Counted from the stretch's first letter, positions 27,067 to 40,930 are shown. The stretch: 64,000 bases of DNA from an uncultured Gemmatimonadales bacterium (GCA_963842945.1 CAWJIM010000016.1:133853-197852); one strand, 5' to 3'. Numbers and translations are program-made. The notes: generated from the sequence alone by a model not told the origin.

Positions 27067-27992
27067 GGCCGCAGGCCACGCTGGTGCAGAGCCGTTTGCC
27101 GCTCCCTTTGCTGCGCCGGGGAAAGGTGCGCGAGGTCTACGAGGTCGACGACGAGCACCTGCTGATCGTCGCGAGCGATCGGGTGAGTGCGTTTGACGTG
27201 GTGATGCGGGAGCCGGTGCCCTACAAGGGCGCGGTGTTGACTCAAATCAGCGCTTTCTGGTTCGAGCGCTTGGCCGACGTCTTTCCCTCGCATTACATCA
27301 CGGCCCGAACCGGGGAAATCATTGAGCGGCTACCTGAGCTGGGCGGCATCCGGTCCGAGCTGGCGGGTCGGGCCATGCTGGTTCGACGGGCGCCGCCCGT
27401 GCCCTTCGAGTGCGTGGTGCGAGGTTACCTCTCGGGCTCGGCCTGGGCGGAATACCGCGACCGGGGAACGTTGGCGGGCGAGCGGCTGCCGCAGGGACTG
27501 GTGGAAAGCCAGCGGCTGGATCCTCCACTCTTTTCGCCCGCAACCAAGGCGGAAACCGGACACGATCTCAACGTCACCTTCGGTGCCGTGGGGGAGACGC
27601 TGGGACGCGATCTCGCAGAGCGGCTCCGGGATGCCAGCTTTGCCATCTATGAGGCGGGTCGAGACCACGCCGCCCGGAACGGTATTATCATCGCCGATAC
27701 AAAATTCGAGTTCGGGATGGACCCCCACGGCGAGCTGCGGCTGATCGATGAGCTTCTGACGCCCGACTCTTCCCGGTTCTGGCCGGCCGACCGGTACCAG
27801 GCGGGCCATGCCCAGCCCAGCTTCGACAAGCAACCGCTCCGGGACTATCTGGCCTCCCTCAAGTCGGCCAGCCAATGGACCGGCGAAGCCCCTCCGCCGG
27901 CGCTTCCTCCTGAAGTTGTGCAGGCCACCAGCCGACGCTATCTCGAGGCCTTCCGTTTGCTCACCGGACGTGAGCTGGTGGTCGACCCGTGA
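27063..27992 (+). CDS. purC: phosphoribosylaminoimidazole-succinocarboxamide synthase
   Basis: 309 aa with GKVREVYEV, LIVASDRVSAFD, IIADTKFEFG and LIDELLTPDSSRFW. Confidence 0.95.
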   Translation: MRPQATLVQSRLPLPLLRRGKVREVYEVDDEHLLIVASDRVSAFDVVMREPVPYKGAVLTQISAFWFERLADVFPSHYITARTGEIIERLPELGGIRSELAGRAMLVRRAPPVPFECVVRGYLSGSAWAEYRDRGTLAGERLPQGLVESQRLDPPLFSPATKAETGHDLNVTFGAVGETLGRDLAERLRDASFAIYEAGRDHAARNGIIIADTKFEFGMDPHGELRLIDELLTPDSSRFWPADRYQAGHAQPSFDKQPLRDYLASLKSASQWTGEAPPPALPPEVVQATSRRYLEAFRLLTGRELVVDP

Positions 27993-28642
27993 TCCGAACG
28001 GCACCGGAAGGTCGCTGGTTCATGGTTATCGCCTGGGCCATTTCGCTGGGGCTCTGGCTGGCAGTTTGGCGCTACGCGACTCCAACTTGGTGGATCGCCG
28101 CTGTGCTCTGGACCGTGCTGGCGGTCTGGGTGGTAGCCTTCTTTCGAGATCCCAATCGCCAGGGCCAACGGGGAGACCGACTCATCCTGGCTCCGGCCGA
28201 TGGCAAGGTGGTGAGTATCGTCGAAGTCGAGGAGCCGGCTTTTTTCCAGGGGCGGGCCACCCGGGTCTCGATTTTCATGAACGTGTTCAACTGCCACGTG
28301 AATCGGTATCCCACGGACGGAACGGTGGAGTACCGCCAGTACAACCCCGGCAAGTTCGGTCACGCCGCCGCTGAGAAGTCGAGTCTGGACAACGAACAGT
28401 CCAGCGTTGGGCTGGTCAATGGGCGGGGGAAGGTTCTGATCCGTCAGATCGCGGGTCTGATCGCTCGACGGATCGTCACCGATCACGAGGTGGGAACTCG
28501 AGTGCAGCAGGGTCAGCGCATGGGGATGATTCGCTTCGGCTCTCGAGTCGACCTGTTCTTGCCTCCGGCCAATGCCCGCGTCCTGGTCAAGACCGGCGAT
28601 AACACTCTGGTAGGAGTAACTGTGGTGGCCGAATGGAGCTGA
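27989..28642 (+). CDS. psd: phosphatidylserine decarboxylase (short, Asd-type proenzyme)
   Basis: 217 aa with two N-terminal TM helices, FFRDPNR, APADGKV and GMIRFGSRVDLFLP (self-cleavage region). Confidence 0.85.
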   Translation: MIRTAPEGRWFMVIAWAISLGLWLAVWRYATPTWWIAAVLWTVLAVWVVAFFRDPNRQGQRGDRLILAPADGKVVSIVEVEEPAFFQGRATRVSIFMNVFNCHVNRYPTDGTVEYRQYNPGKFGHAAAEKSSLDNEQSSVGLVNGRGKVLIRQIAGLIARRIVTDHEVGTRVQQGQRMGMIRFGSRVDLFLPPANARVLVKTGDNTLVGVTVVAEWS

Positions 28643-29511
28643 GACAGCGACGCGAGCGCCTTCCCCGACCGACCATGCGTCATGTGGTGGTGGTGATGCC
28701 GAGTGCCTTCACGCTCGGCAATCTGTTCTTTGGCTTCTGGTCTATCGTGTCGGCGTTCAACGGCAATTTCCGATGGGCGGGATGGTTCATCGTCTTCGCC
28801 GGAATTCTCGACATGCTGGATGGGCGGGTGGCCCGACTGTCCGGCACCGGAACCCGCTTCGGCGAGCAGCTCGATTCTTTGGTGGACCTGATCTCCTTCG
28901 GGATGGCCCCCGCCCTGCTGATGTACTTCCTTGATTTTTCCAATGCCGGCCGCTTCGCCTGGATCCTGTGCTACATCTACGTGGTCGCGGTTGCACTGCG
29001 ATTGGCCCGCTTCAACGTGCTCTCTGCCGGCAGGCCTTCCACCGGCTGGTTCACTGGCATGCCCTCACCCTCGGCCGGCATGACGCTGGCCGTCTACTAT
29101 CCCTTCAGCCAAACCAACTGGTATCGCGCCTCACTGGCCTACCTCGATTTGCAGCACGAGGGATTGGTCGTGCTCATGCTGTTGCTGGCGGTGCTGATGG
29201 TCAGCAACGTCAAGTACCCGAAGTTTCCTCCTATCGGGGTCCGAAGCGCGCGAGGGATTCTGGGCCTCACCGTCCATCTCCTCATTCTGCTCGGCGGAAT
29301 CTTCGCACCTGAGTATTTTTTGTTCCCATTGGGATTGTTGTATATGGCCTTCGGACTGATCCGCACGACAGTGCTGGGACTGATGGAACGGCCGGAGCCG
29401 GTCACGGTGGTCGGGGAGCGTGTGGCCGACGCCCATGATCCTACGCTGCCGCCACCGCTCTCGCATGAGCGCCGGAGACACTCAGGGGACCGCCGACAGG
29501 AGGCCGAATAA
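28633..29511 (+). CDS. pssA: CDP-diacylglycerol--serine O-phosphatidyltransferase
   Basis: 292 aa. The CDP-alcohol phosphatidyltransferase motif DMLDGRVARLSGTGTRFGEQLDSLVDLISFG is present, and the protein is multi-pass membrane. Confidence 0.85.
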   Translation: MELRQRRERLPRPTMRHVVVVMPSAFTLGNLFFGFWSIVSAFNGNFRWAGWFIVFAGILDMLDGRVARLSGTGTRFGEQLDSLVDLISFGMAPALLMYFLDFSNAGRFAWILCYIYVVAVALRLARFNVLSAGRPSTGWFTGMPSPSAGMTLAVYYPFSQTNWYRASLAYLDLQHEGLVVLMLLLAVLMVSNVKYPKFPPIGVRSARGILGLTVHLLILLGGIFAPEYFLFPLGLLYMAFGLIRTTVLGLMERPEPVTVVGERVADAHDPTLPPPLSHERRRHSGDRRQEAE

Positions 29512-29762
29512 TGACCTTTCGGGTACACGTGCGAGTGATGCCGCGCACCGGGCTGCTGGATCCCCAGGGCCAGGCCGTCGAGCACGCGCTTTCGGCCCTC
29601 GGTTTTGCCGAAGCCGGAGCCGTCCGGGTCGGCCGGGCGATTGAGCTGGACCTGGATGCCGGTTCACGGGACGAGGCAGAAGCGAGGGCCCGGCTGATGT
29701 GCGACAAGTTACTGGCCAATCCGGTCACCGAGGACTATCTGCTGGCCGTGGAGGAGGACTGA
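29511..29762 (+). CDS. purS: phosphoribosylformylglycinamidine synthase subunit PurS
   Basis: 83 aa with RVHVRVMPRTGLLDPQGQAVEHAL and LLANPVTEDY. It lies directly upstream of purQ. Confidence 0.85.
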   Translation: MTFRVHVRVMPRTGLLDPQGQAVEHALSALGFAEAGAVRVGRAIELDLDAGSRDEAEARARLMCDKLLANPVTEDYLLAVEED

Positions 29763-30478
29763 TGACCCGGGTGGCGATCGTGCGTTTTCCCGGCAGCAAC
29801 TGCGACTTCGACACCCTGCGTGCCGCCCAGAGCCACGGTGGAGAGGCCTACTTTGTGTGGCATCGCGACACCGATCTGAAGGGCGCCGACATCGTCATAC
29901 TCCCCGGCGGCTTCAGTTACGGCGACTACCTGCGGAGCGGTGCTATTGCGCGATTCAGCCCCATCATGCAGGCGGTGCAGCGCCACGCCGCCGATGGAGG
30001 ACCGCTGCTCGGGATCTGTAATGGATTCCAAATCCTGTGCGAGGCCCAGCTGCTGCCCGGGGCTCTGTTGAGGAATGCGGGGCTCACGTTCGTTTCCAAG
30101 CCGGTCGATGTCACCGTCGAGCAAACCGACACGGCGTTCACCTGTGATTACGAGCCGGGAGCCCGGCTGCGCCTACCGGTAGCTCACGGAGAAGGGCGGT
30201 ACGTGGCCTCGCCCGACACCCTGCGCATGCTCGAGGCCGAGGGCCTGGTAGTTCTCCGGTACGTCGCCGCTACGGAGCGCTCGCCGTTCCAACCGAACCC
30301 CAACGGCGCGACCAATCACATCGCCGGTATCTGCAATCCCGCGGGCAACATCGTGGGCATCATGCCCCATCCCGAGCGGGCAATTGACCGCCTGCTCGGC
30401 TTAACGGGAGGGGGCGGGTTCTTCACCTCTCCCGTCTCATCGCACCAGAACGCCGCCACCGCAAGGACTCAGGAATGA
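29762..30478 (+). CDS. purQ: phosphoribosylformylglycinamidine synthase, glutaminase subunit PurQ
   Basis: The ATG at 29762 gives MTRVAIVRFPGSNCDFD, LPGGFSYGDYLR, GICNGFQILCE and MPHPER. Confidence 0.9.
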   Translation: MTRVAIVRFPGSNCDFDTLRAAQSHGGEAYFVWHRDTDLKGADIVILPGGFSYGDYLRSGAIARFSPIMQAVQRHAADGGPLLGICNGFQILCEAQLLPGALLRNAGLTFVSKPVDVTVEQTDTAFTCDYEPGARLRLPVAHGEGRYVASPDTLRMLEAEGLVVLRYVAATERSPFQPNPNGATNHIAGICNPAGNIVGIMPHPERAIDRLLGLTGGGGFFTSPVSSHQNAATARTQE

Positions 30479-30843
30479 AGTCGGACAAGCCCAGTCGCAA
30501 CGAAGAGGAATACTTTGCCCGCGAAGACGCCGAATTGATGCGGCGTGAGCGGGCGCGCGCCCACGCGGCTTCCACCGCGGCGGAACGCGAGTCACACTAC
30601 ATGAAGTGCCCCAAGGATGGCTACGATCTCACCAGCAGCAATGTTCACGGGGTTCAGATCGAGACCTGTCCTCATTGCGGCGGCATGTGGCTCGACCCGG
30701 GTGAACTGGAGGCCGTGTCCCACGAGGAGCGGCCGAATGTGTTCACCCGAGTGCTGTCCGACGTGCTTTCGACCTTCCGCCGGTCTCCCCGGGGTCGCCA
30801 GGCGGACAAGCCCGTGCATGACCCGGGCAACCCTCTCAGCTGA
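30475..30843 (+). CDS. TFIIB-type zinc-ribbon protein (zf-TFIIB-like)
   Basis: 122 aa. CPKDGYDL...VQIETCPHCGGMWLDPGELEAV is a CxxD...CxxC ribbon followed by GxWLDxGEL. The start overlaps the purQ stop by 4 nt. Confidence 0.6.
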   Translation: MKSDKPSRNEEEYFAREDAELMRRERARAHAASTAAERESHYMKCPKDGYDLTSSNVHGVQIETCPHCGGMWLDPGELEAVSHEERPNVFTRVLSDVLSTFRRSPRGRQADKPVHDPGNPLS

Positions 30844-30852
30844 GGAGCGGGA

Positions 30853-33165
30853 GTGACGGTTTCCGGCGTTGTCAGCGCAGCCAGCGAAACGATCACAGGG
30901 CCGGGGGAGCGTCCGGTAACTCCGGAGCTGGTGCGAGAGCACAACATCAACGAGCTCGAGTACAGCCGGATCGTCGACCTGCTTGGCAGGACGCCCAGCT
31001 TCACGGAGCTCGGGGTCTTCTCCGCATTATGGTCGGAGCACTGCTCGTATAAGCACTCCAGGCCGGTGCTGAAATCGTTCCCCACAGCAGGACCCCACGT
31101 TGTCCAGGGCCCGGGGGAGAACGCCGGAGTCCTGCGTCTGCCGGATGGGTGGGCGGTGGCCTTCAAGATCGAGTCCCACAATCACCCCTCTGCGGTCGAG
31201 CCCTACCAGGGGGCTGCTACCGGAGTCGGGGGTATCCTGCGCGACGTGTTCACAATGGGTGCTCGTCCGGTCGCTCTCCTGAATAGCCTCCGTTTTGGTC
31301 CACTGGATCATCCCCGCAACCGCTACCTCTTTGCCGGGGTGGTTCGCGGGGTCGGGGATTACGGGAACTGCGTCGGAGTCCCCACCCTCGGCGGCGAGGT
31401 GAACTTCGCTCCCGGGTACACCGGCAATCCGCTGGTGAACGCGATGTGCGTGGGACTGCTCCACGAGAACGATCTGATCAGAGCAGCCGCGCACGGTGTG
31501 GGGAACGTGCTGCTGGCAGTCGGTGCCCGCACCGGCCGCGATGGCATTCACGGTGCCAGCTTTGCGTCGGAGGAACTGTCCGAGAAGAGCGAAAGCCGGA
31601 GGCCCCAGGTCCAGGTGGGAGATCCCTTCACCGAAAAGCTGCTGCTGGAGGCGAGCCTGGAGCTGATCACCTCGAGGCTGATCGTGGCGATTCAGGATAT
31701 GGGAGCGGCCGGACTCACCAGTTCCTCGGCCGAGATGGCCGCGCGGGGCGGCGTCGGGGTGGAGATCGATACCGGGCTGGTTCCCGTCCGGGAAGCGGGA
31801 ATGACGCCGTACGAGATTCTCCTGTCCGAGTCGCAGGAGCGCATGCTGGTGGTGGCGGAGCCATCTCGGGTGGCCGAGGTCCAGGCGGTGTGCGCCAAAT
31901 GGGAGCTCGACGCCACCGAGATCGGCCGGGTGACCGACGATGGCATGTTCCGGGTCAAGCACCATGGGCAGACGGTCGTCTCCATTCCTGGCCGCCGCCT
32001 GGTCGAAGACTGCCCGGTCTATTACCCCGAGGCCGAAGAAGCTGAAGAGGCGCGGCTTCGGCGATCTCAGATCGATCCGGGAGAGCCGGTGGCCGATCTC
32101 GAGGGCGCATTGGAGCTGCTTCTCGACAACGCGAACATCGCCAGCAAGCGCTGGGTCTACGAGCAATACGATTCGACAGTGCAGGCCTCCACCGTGCTTC
32201 CCCCCGGGTCTGACTCCGGCGTGATCCGGGTCCCGGGCAGCAACTTTGGCATTGCCATGTCGGTGGACTGCAACGCCCGGCTGGTAGCCCTCGATCCCTA
32301 CGAGGGAGGCAAGGCCGCGGTGGCGGAAGCGGCCCGCAACGTGGCCTCGAGCGGAGCCAAGCCGTTGGGCATTACCAACTGCCTCAATTTCGGGAATCCC
32401 GAAAAACCCGACGTCTTCTTTCAGTTCCGCGAGGCTTGCCGAGGGATAGGGGACGCGTGCCGCGCCTTCGGCACTCCGGTCACTGGGGGCAACGTCTCCT
32501 TCTACAACGAGAGCCCCACCGGGGCGGTCGATCCCACTCCCACCATCGGCATGATCGGCCTGCTGGACGATGTAGAAGACCGGGTTGCCAGCTATTTCGA
32601 CTCCCCGGGCGATGAGGTGTTCATTCTGGGCCAAACCAGCGGAATCCTGGGCGGGTCAGCCTATTGGGCCGACGTCTGCGATTTTGTCGGAGGCGATCCG
32701 CCGGCGGTGGATCTCGATGCCGAGCTTCGGCTGCAACGTTTCCTGGTGGACGCGGCTCAGCGCCGGATGCTGCGCTCGGCGCATGACTGCTCCGAAGGCG
32801 GCCTGGCGGTGGCGCTGGCGGAAGCCGTGATCGGCGGCCCTTACGTTCCGGGGAGCCTGGGTGCCGGACTCGACCTGACCGGCTACGCCCCCGAGCTGCC
32901 CATGGACGGACTGCTGTTCGGCGAGGATGGGGCCCGAGCGGTCATTTCGTGTTCCCCGGCCGCTGCCCGACCGCTCATCGCGTTGGCGGATCAGCACACT
33001 GTGCCGATCTTCCGGGCCGGGCTGGTCGAGAGTGCTGGAACCCTGGAACTCCAAGTGGGCCCCCACCTGTTCTCCTGGAGCACCGAAGCATTGCGACGGA
33101 TCTACTACGAGGCGATCCCCCGGCGAATGCAGCATGCCGACGTGGACCGCACGGCAGGAGAATAG
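30853..33165 (+). CDS. purL: phosphoribosylformylglycinamidine synthase subunit PurL
   Basis: 770 aa with [41 protein letters not shown] and [13 protein letters not shown]. Confidence 0.95.
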   Translation: MTVSGVVSAASETITGPGERPVTPELVREHNINELEYSRIVDLLGRTPSFTELGVFSALWSEHCSYKHSRPVLKSFPTAGPHVVQGPGENAGVLRLPDGWAVAFKIESHNHPSAVEPYQGAATGVGGILRDVFTMGARPVALLNSLRFGPLDHPRNRYLFAGVVRGVGDYGNCVGVPTLGGEVNFAPGYTGNPLVNAMCVGLLHENDLIRAAAHGVGNVLLAVGARTGRDGIHGASFASEELSEKSESRRPQVQVGDPFTEKLLLEASLELITSRLIVAIQDMGAAGLTSSSAEMAARGGVGVEIDTGLVPVREAGMTPYEILLSESQERMLVVAEPSRVAEVQAVCAKWELDATEIGRVTDDGMFRVKHHGQTVVSIPGRRLVEDCPVYYPEAEEAEEARLRRSQIDPGEPVADLEGALELLLDNANIASKRWVYEQYDSTVQASTVLPPGSDSGVIRVPGSNFGIAMSVDCNARLVALDPYEGGKAAVAEAARNVASSGAKPLGITNCLNFGNPEKPDVFFQFREACRGIGDACRAFGTPVTGGNVSFYNESPTGAVDPTPTIGMIGLLDDVEDRVASYFDSPGDEVFILGQTSGILGGSAYWADVCDFVGGDPPAVDLDAELRLQRFLVDAAQRRMLRSAHDCSEGGLAVALAEAVIGGPYVPGSLGAGLDLTGYAPELPMDGLLFGEDGARAVISCSPAAARPLIALADQHTVPIFRAGLVESAGTLELQVGPHLFSWSTEALRRIYYEAIPRRMQHADVDRTAGE

Positions 33166-33166
33166 C

Positions 33167-34557
33167 ATGTGTGGTATCATCGGCGTTTCCGCGCTACCTG
33201 ACGCAGCCCGGCTGGCCTATCTCGGCCTCTACGCTCTGCAGCATCGGGGACAGGAGAGCGCGGGTATCGTGGCCATGGATGGGGAGGGTGTGGCCCGCTC
33301 TCACCGAGGCATGGGTCTGGTCTCGGAAAACTTCGACGATCAGAGCCTGGCCGGCCTTCCCGGTGACGTCGCGGTAGGGCACACCCGCTACTCGACCACC
33401 GGTAGCACGGTTCTCGCAAACGCACAGCCCTGCAGCGTCAACACCAGGTGTGGTCCCCTGGCCATCGCCCACAACGGCAACCTGATCAATGCCGATGCCA
33501 TCAAGCGGGATCTGGTCGAGCGCGGCGCCATCTTCACTAGCTCGAGCGACACCGAGGTGTTGGTGCACCTCATTGCCCGCTCGGACGAGGACACCGTAGA
33601 TGATCAGATCCGGGATGCCCTGGAGCAGGTCGACGGCGCCTACAGCCTGATCATTACGGTTGGCCGGACCATGTATGCGGCGGTGGATAGCCGGGGCTTT
33701 CGGCCGCTGGTTATCGGCCGGCTGGGGACGGGCATCGTGGTAGCCTCGGAGTCATGCGCTCTCGATCTGATCGGGGCCACCTTCCATTGCGAGCTCCGGC
33801 CCGGTGACTTCGTCCGGGTCGACAATGGCCAGGTAACCCACCTGCCTCGCCTGGCTCCCCGGCCGGTCACGCGCTGCGTGTTCGAGCTGGTTTACTTCGC
33901 CCGCCCCGACAGCACCGTGTTCGGCGAGTCAGTCGACCGGGTCCGTCGGGAGCTGGGACGGCAACTAGCTCGGGAACAGCCCGCGCCGGACGGTGAGGTG
34001 GTGTTCAGCGTTCCCGACAGCTCCAACGCGATGGCGCTGGGATTTTCCGAGGTATCCGGGATCAAGCTGGAGTACGGGCTCATCCGGAACCATTATGTGG
34101 GGCGCACGTTCATCAATCCCACGCAGGCGCTCAGGGTGGCCAAGGTCAAGATCAAGTTCAACCCGGTGCGAGAAGTGATCCATGGCAAGTCGGTGGTTGT
34201 GGTGGATGACAGCCTGGTCCGGGGCAACACCAGCAAGGAGCTGGTGCAGATGATCCGCTCCGCCGGCGCCCGGGAGGTGCATCTCCGCCTGAGTTCACCG
34301 CCGATTACCGGCCCATGTCACTACGGCATCGACACGCCCAGCCGGGAAGAGCTGATCGCCGCCACCCACTCGATTGAAGAGATCCGTCAGTTCCTCGGCG
34401 TCGACAGCCTGGGCTACCTCTCGCTCAACGGGATGCTTCACGCGGCCGGCAAGGACACCGGATTCTGTCACGCCTGTTTCTCGGGCAAGTACCCTACCCC
34501 GACCCCTGACGACCCGGTGCGTCTTCGACATGCGACACCCCTGATCGCTACTCCCGC

Positions 34558-34561
<4 letters not shown>
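33167..34561 (+). CDS. purF: amidophosphoribosyltransferase
   Basis: The ATG at 33167 gives MCGIIGV (Ntn Cys), LQHRGQESAGI, HTRYSTTG and VVVDDSLVRGNTS. The span is 1395 nt, in frame. Confidence 0.95.
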
Positions 34562-37224
<2,663 letters not shown>

Positions 37225-37329
37225 CGTGCCGCGCGACGCAGGCCCGCGCAAAGATCCTTGCCATCCGCATCGGCCCGCCTCTAATTCCTGCCTCTCGAAG
37301 GTGATTGCGCGGCCCCAGTCTCCCGGAGG

Positions 37330-37830
37330 ATGCGAATGACGCAGCCCTTAGTAGGCATCGTGATGGGCAGCGACTCCGACTGGGACGTGATGCAGCACTC
37401 GGCCCGGCGGCTCAACGACTTCCAAGTCGAGTATGAAGCGCGCGTGGTTTCCGCTCATCGAACTCCCGACCTGCTCTACCGCTACGCCGAAGACGCCGCC
37501 GGGCGCGGACTGCGCTGCATCATTGCCGGAGCCGGTGGCGCAGCACACCTGCCGGGCATGCTGGCGGCCAAGACGATTCTCCCGGTTCTCGGCGTTCCGG
37601 TTCCGACCAAACATCTCCAGGGGCTCGATTCGCTCCTTTCCATCGTGCAGATGCCCGCCGGCATTCCGGTGGCCACCTTTGCCATTGGCACCGCCGGCGC
37701 GGGGAACGCGGGACTCTATGCCATAGCGATTCTGGCGTTACAGGACCCCGACCTCGCCGAACGGCTGGAGGAGTTCCGCCGCTCCCAGGAGCGCCGGGCC
37801 CTCGACATGAGGCTGCCGGATCTCTCGTGA
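37330..37830 (+). CDS. purE: 5-(carboxyamino)imidazole ribonucleotide mutase
   Basis: 166 aa with [34 protein letters not shown] and VLGVPV. Confidence 0.95.
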   Translation: MRMTQPLVGIVMGSDSDWDVMQHSARRLNDFQVEYEARVVSAHRTPDLLYRYAEDAAGRGLRCIIAGAGGAAHLPGMLAAKTILPVLGVPVPTKHLQGLDSLLSIVQMPAGIPVATFAIGTAGAGNAGLYAIAILALQDPDLAERLEEFRRSQERRALDMRLPDLS

Positions 37831-38957
37831 TTCTTCCCGGCGCGACGGTGGGAGTTCTGGGCGGAGGGCAGTTGGGAAGGATGTTTGCCCTGCAGGCAAG
37901 GACGATGGGATACCGGGTCGTGGTGCTCGATCCCGATTCGAAGAGTCCGGCCGCGGCCGTGGCCGATCAGCACATCCGGACCGGATACGAGGACCCGAAG
38001 GGCCTGGACCACCTGGCCAAGCTCTGCGCCGCGGTGACGACCGAGTTTGAGAACGTGCCGGCGGGGGCACTCGAGCGCCTGGCCAATTCGTGCATAGTGC
38101 GTCCATCCGGCCAGGCGGTGGCAATAGCTCAGGATCGGATTTCTGAAAAGACCTTCTTCCAAAGCCACGGCCTCGCCACAGCCAAGTTTCGTCCCGTCCG
38201 AGATTTGAAGGAACTGGAAGCCGCCGTGATCCATGTCGGGCTTCCGGGGCTACTGAAGACCAGCCGGTTGGGGTACGATGGGAAGGGACAGATTCTGGTG
38301 ACCGAAGCGGCGGCAGCGCGCGAAGCCTTTGCCCGGCTGGGGTCGGTGCCCTGTGTTCTGGAGGAGCGGGTCGAGCTCGAGTGCGAGCTGTCGGTCATCG
38401 TAGCCCGGGGCGCAGACGGAGCGCAGGCCGTGTTCCCGCTAGCCGAGAATCGGCATCGTGACGGGATCCTGGACACCTCCGTGGTACCGGCCAGGGTCTC
38501 GGAAAAACTGGCTAAGCAAGCCAGCGCGCTTGTCACCGAAGTTGCCGCGGCTCTCGAATATGTAGGAGTGCTCGGCGTCGAGCTGTTCGTCACCAAGGCA
38601 GGAGAGCTGCTGGTCAATGAGATGGCGCCCAGGCCTCATAACACCGGACACTACACGCTGGATGCCTGCTCAGTAGACCAGTTCGAGCTCCAGCTGCGGA
38701 CCCTCTGCGGCCTTCCATTGGTCCAGCCCTGGCTACTATCCCCGGTCACCATGATCAACCTGCTCGGCGACCTGTGGAACGGGGGCGAGCCCCGGTGGGA
38801 GGAGGCCCTGCGCCGACCCGGGGTGCGTCTGCATCTTTACGGTAAGGCAGAAGCCCGGCCCGGCAGAAAGATGGGTCACTTGAACTGCCTGGCCGCGACT
38901 GCCGATCAGGCCTTGACCCTCGCGCTGGAAAGCCGCAAGGCCTTGCGACGCAACTAA
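37827..38957 (+). CDS. purK: 5-(carboxyamino)imidazole ribonucleotide synthase
   Basis: 376 aa, ATP-grasp, with [37 protein letters not shown] and GRKMGHL. Confidence 0.9.
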   Translation: MILPGATVGVLGGGQLGRMFALQARTMGYRVVVLDPDSKSPAAAVADQHIRTGYEDPKGLDHLAKLCAAVTTEFENVPAGALERLANSCIVRPSGQAVAIAQDRISEKTFFQSHGLATAKFRPVRDLKELEAAVIHVGLPGLLKTSRLGYDGKGQILVTEAAAAREAFARLGSVPCVLEERVELECELSVIVARGADGAQAVFPLAENRHRDGILDTSVVPARVSEKLAKQASALVTEVAAALEYVGVLGVELFVTKAGELLVNEMAPRPHNTGHYTLDACSVDQFELQLRTLCGLPLVQPWLLSPVTMINLLGDLWNGGEPRWEEALRRPGVRLHLYGKAEARPGRKMGHLNCLAATADQALTLALESRKALRRN

Positions 38958-38976
38958 CAACTGAGGAGCCAGGATC

Positions 38977-39555
38977 ATGTTTTTTCTGCCCGCGCTTATG
39001 CTGGTCAGCCGCATCAGCGTCGCCTCACCTGCCGTAGCACATCCCGACACCACCTGCCCCCACCGAAATGTTCCGCTGGAGGCACGCAAGAGTCCGCTCG
39101 ACTCACTGACATTCGGCGTCTCCGGTCAGCAGGTGAAAGTTTGCTATGGCCGCCCCAGCTCGAGGGGAAGGACCATGCTCGGCGGAGCGGAGGTGCCCTA
39201 CGGGAAGCTGTGGCGAACCGGGGCCAACGAGCCCACCATCTTCTACGCGCCGGTTCCCCTGAGTGTGGCGGGTATTCGGGTGCAGCCCGGCGTATACTCG
39301 TTGTATACGGTGCCGGGGAAGAGCGAGTGGGAAGTCATCGTAAATCGCTCAATTTCCCAGTGGGGCAAAGAGGACCAGTACACCGACCAGGTGAAGGCTC
39401 AAGAGGTAGGAAGAGCGAAGGTGAAGAGTGAGACCACCAGCAAACCAGTGGAGACCTTCACCATCCGGAGCGAGCCCGGCGGTGGCAAAGCCGCGTCGCT
39501 GGTGCTCGAGTGGGAAAAGAGCCGAGTAAAGATCCCGGTGCAGGCCGCGAGCTAG
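38977..39555 (+). CDS. DUF2911-family secreted protein
   Basis: 192 aa with a signal-like N-terminus. VCYGRPSSRGRTMLGGAEVPYGKLWRTGANEPT ... GVYSLYTVPGKSEWEVIVN matches my recollection of DUF2911. Confidence 0.55.
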   Translation: MFFLPALMLVSRISVASPAVAHPDTTCPHRNVPLEARKSPLDSLTFGVSGQQVKVCYGRPSSRGRTMLGGAEVPYGKLWRTGANEPTIFYAPVPLSVAGIRVQPGVYSLYTVPGKSEWEVIVNRSISQWGKEDQYTDQVKAQEVGRAKVKSETTSKPVETFTIRSEPGGGKAASLVLEWEKSRVKIPVQAAS

Positions 39556-39567
39556 TTCGCCACGGCG

Positions 39568-40812
39568 CTATCGGGCGCAGAGGTCGCGTACACCGTCGAT
39601 AAGCCGCTCGACCTCTTCCATGGTGGTGTAGCAGGCGCAGCCGGCGCGGACCAGGCCTTCGGATTGTCCCAGCCGCTGCGCCACCGTGGTGGCGTAAAAG
39701 TCTCCGCAAGACACGAAGACAGCCCGGTCCGCCAGTCGGCGCGCCACGGAGTCCGGGGAGCGGTTCGCCACTGTGAACGCCACTGTGGGCGTTCTCGGCT
39801 GGCCTGGCCTCGGCCCGTACAGGCTCACACCGTCGATCGACTCCAAGCCGGCCCACAGCCGCTGCAACAACGCCTCGCCCCTCCCGCGCAGCTCGGCAAA
39901 GGTTTGGGTCAGCCGGTGTCTCCGCGAATCTCCCTGACTGAGCGAGGCCAGGTAGTCCACCGCTGCGGCCGCGCCCACAATCCCCTCATGATTCAAGGTT
40001 CCCGTCTCGATTCGCTCCGGCACCGTATCAGGTGCGGGCAGTAGCTTCGGGACCTCGAGCGCAGCGAGGACGGCCTGCCGAGCGTACAGAATGCCGATAT
40101 GCGGTCCATAAAACTTGTATGCGGAACAGGCCAGGAAGTCGCACCCGATACGGCGCACGTTCACCGGCTCGTGAGGTGCGAGATGCACTGCATCCACGAA
40201 GGTCAGTGCTCCCGCATCTCGGGCCAGGTTGGTTGCGCGGGTGACATCATTCACGGTCCCGAGCGCGTTGGAGGCGCCCCCGATGGCGAGCAATCGGGGG
40301 CGAGTGGCCATGAGAGCTTCCAGCCGGGACCAGTCGAGCTGTCCGGTTTGAGGAAGCATTGGAACCGTCGCAATGGTGACGCCGCGATCGCGCTCCAGGG
40401 CTTGCCAGGGCGCAATGTTGGCGTGATGGTCGAGCTCGGTCACCACGATCGTATCGCCTGGGCCCCAGGATCGTCCCAGTGCGCGAGCCAGGTGAAAGGT
40501 GAGAGTGGTCATGTTGGCCCCGAACGCGATCTCGGTGGTGCCGGCACCAAGAAAATCCGCCAGGCATTCGCGGGCTGCCAGGATGAGCGCGTCCGTCTCC
40601 TCGCTCGTGGGATAGGGCCAATGGGTGTTGGCGTTATGCTGGTACAGATAGGATTCCATGGCGGCCACCACACTCCGGGGTACCTGGGTGCCGCCCGGCC
40701 CATCGAAGTACGCTACTGGCACACCGCGGTGACGTCGCTCCAGAGCCGGGAAGGAAGCTCGGATTTCAGCCACGGATTGGGTTGCCAACGGGGGAGCTGT
40801 GACCGCGCTCAT
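39568..40812 (-). CDS. cysteine desulfurase-like class V aminotransferase
   Basis: The likely start is the ATG at 40812 (MSAVTAPP...). IRASFPAL...YFDGPGGTQVP, TELDHHANIAPW and ACSAYKFYGPHIG (PLP Lys) are present. Confidence 0.8.
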   Translation of the reverse strand: MSAVTAPPLATQSVAEIRASFPALERRHRGVPVAYFDGPGGTQVPRSVVAAMESYLYQHNANTHWPYPTSEETDALILAARECLADFLGAGTTEIAFGANMTTLTFHLARALGRSWGPGDTIVVTELDHHANIAPWQALERDRGVTIATVPMLPQTGQLDWSRLEALMATRPRLLAIGGASNALGTVNDVTRATNLARDAGALTFVDAVHLAPHEPVNVRRIGCDFLACSAYKFYGPHIGILYARQAVLAALEVPKLLPAPDTVPERIETGTLNHEGIVGAAAAVDYLASLSQGDSRRHRLTQTFAELRGRGEALLQRLWAGLESIDGVSLYGPRPGQPRTPTVAFTVANRSPDSVARRLADRAVFVSCGDFYATTVAQRLGQSEGLVRAGCACYTTMEEVERLIDGVRDLCAR

Positions 40813-40930
40813 GCTGATCCTGTGATGGAGCAGGTTTACCGTGAGACCGGATGAGAAATCTTGCATGTGCCGGGCGTAACACCGTTGAACTCTCTGGCGC
40901 CCGAGACGACCTCAACGTACGTTCAACCCA

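Noticed and set aside
31027-32634. 535-aa minus-strand ORF
   Set aside because: It is antisense to purL (clear FGAM synthase motifs on the plus strand). The sequence is low-complexity and Arg/Gly/His-rich. It is a shadow ORF.
37225-37329. Possible riboswitch or terminator in the ppdK-purE spacer
   Set aside because: Only short GC stems are present (GCGCG/CGCGC, GCCGCGC/GCGCGGC). I could see no match to ZTP, purine or PRPP riboswitch cores, and there is no U-tract.
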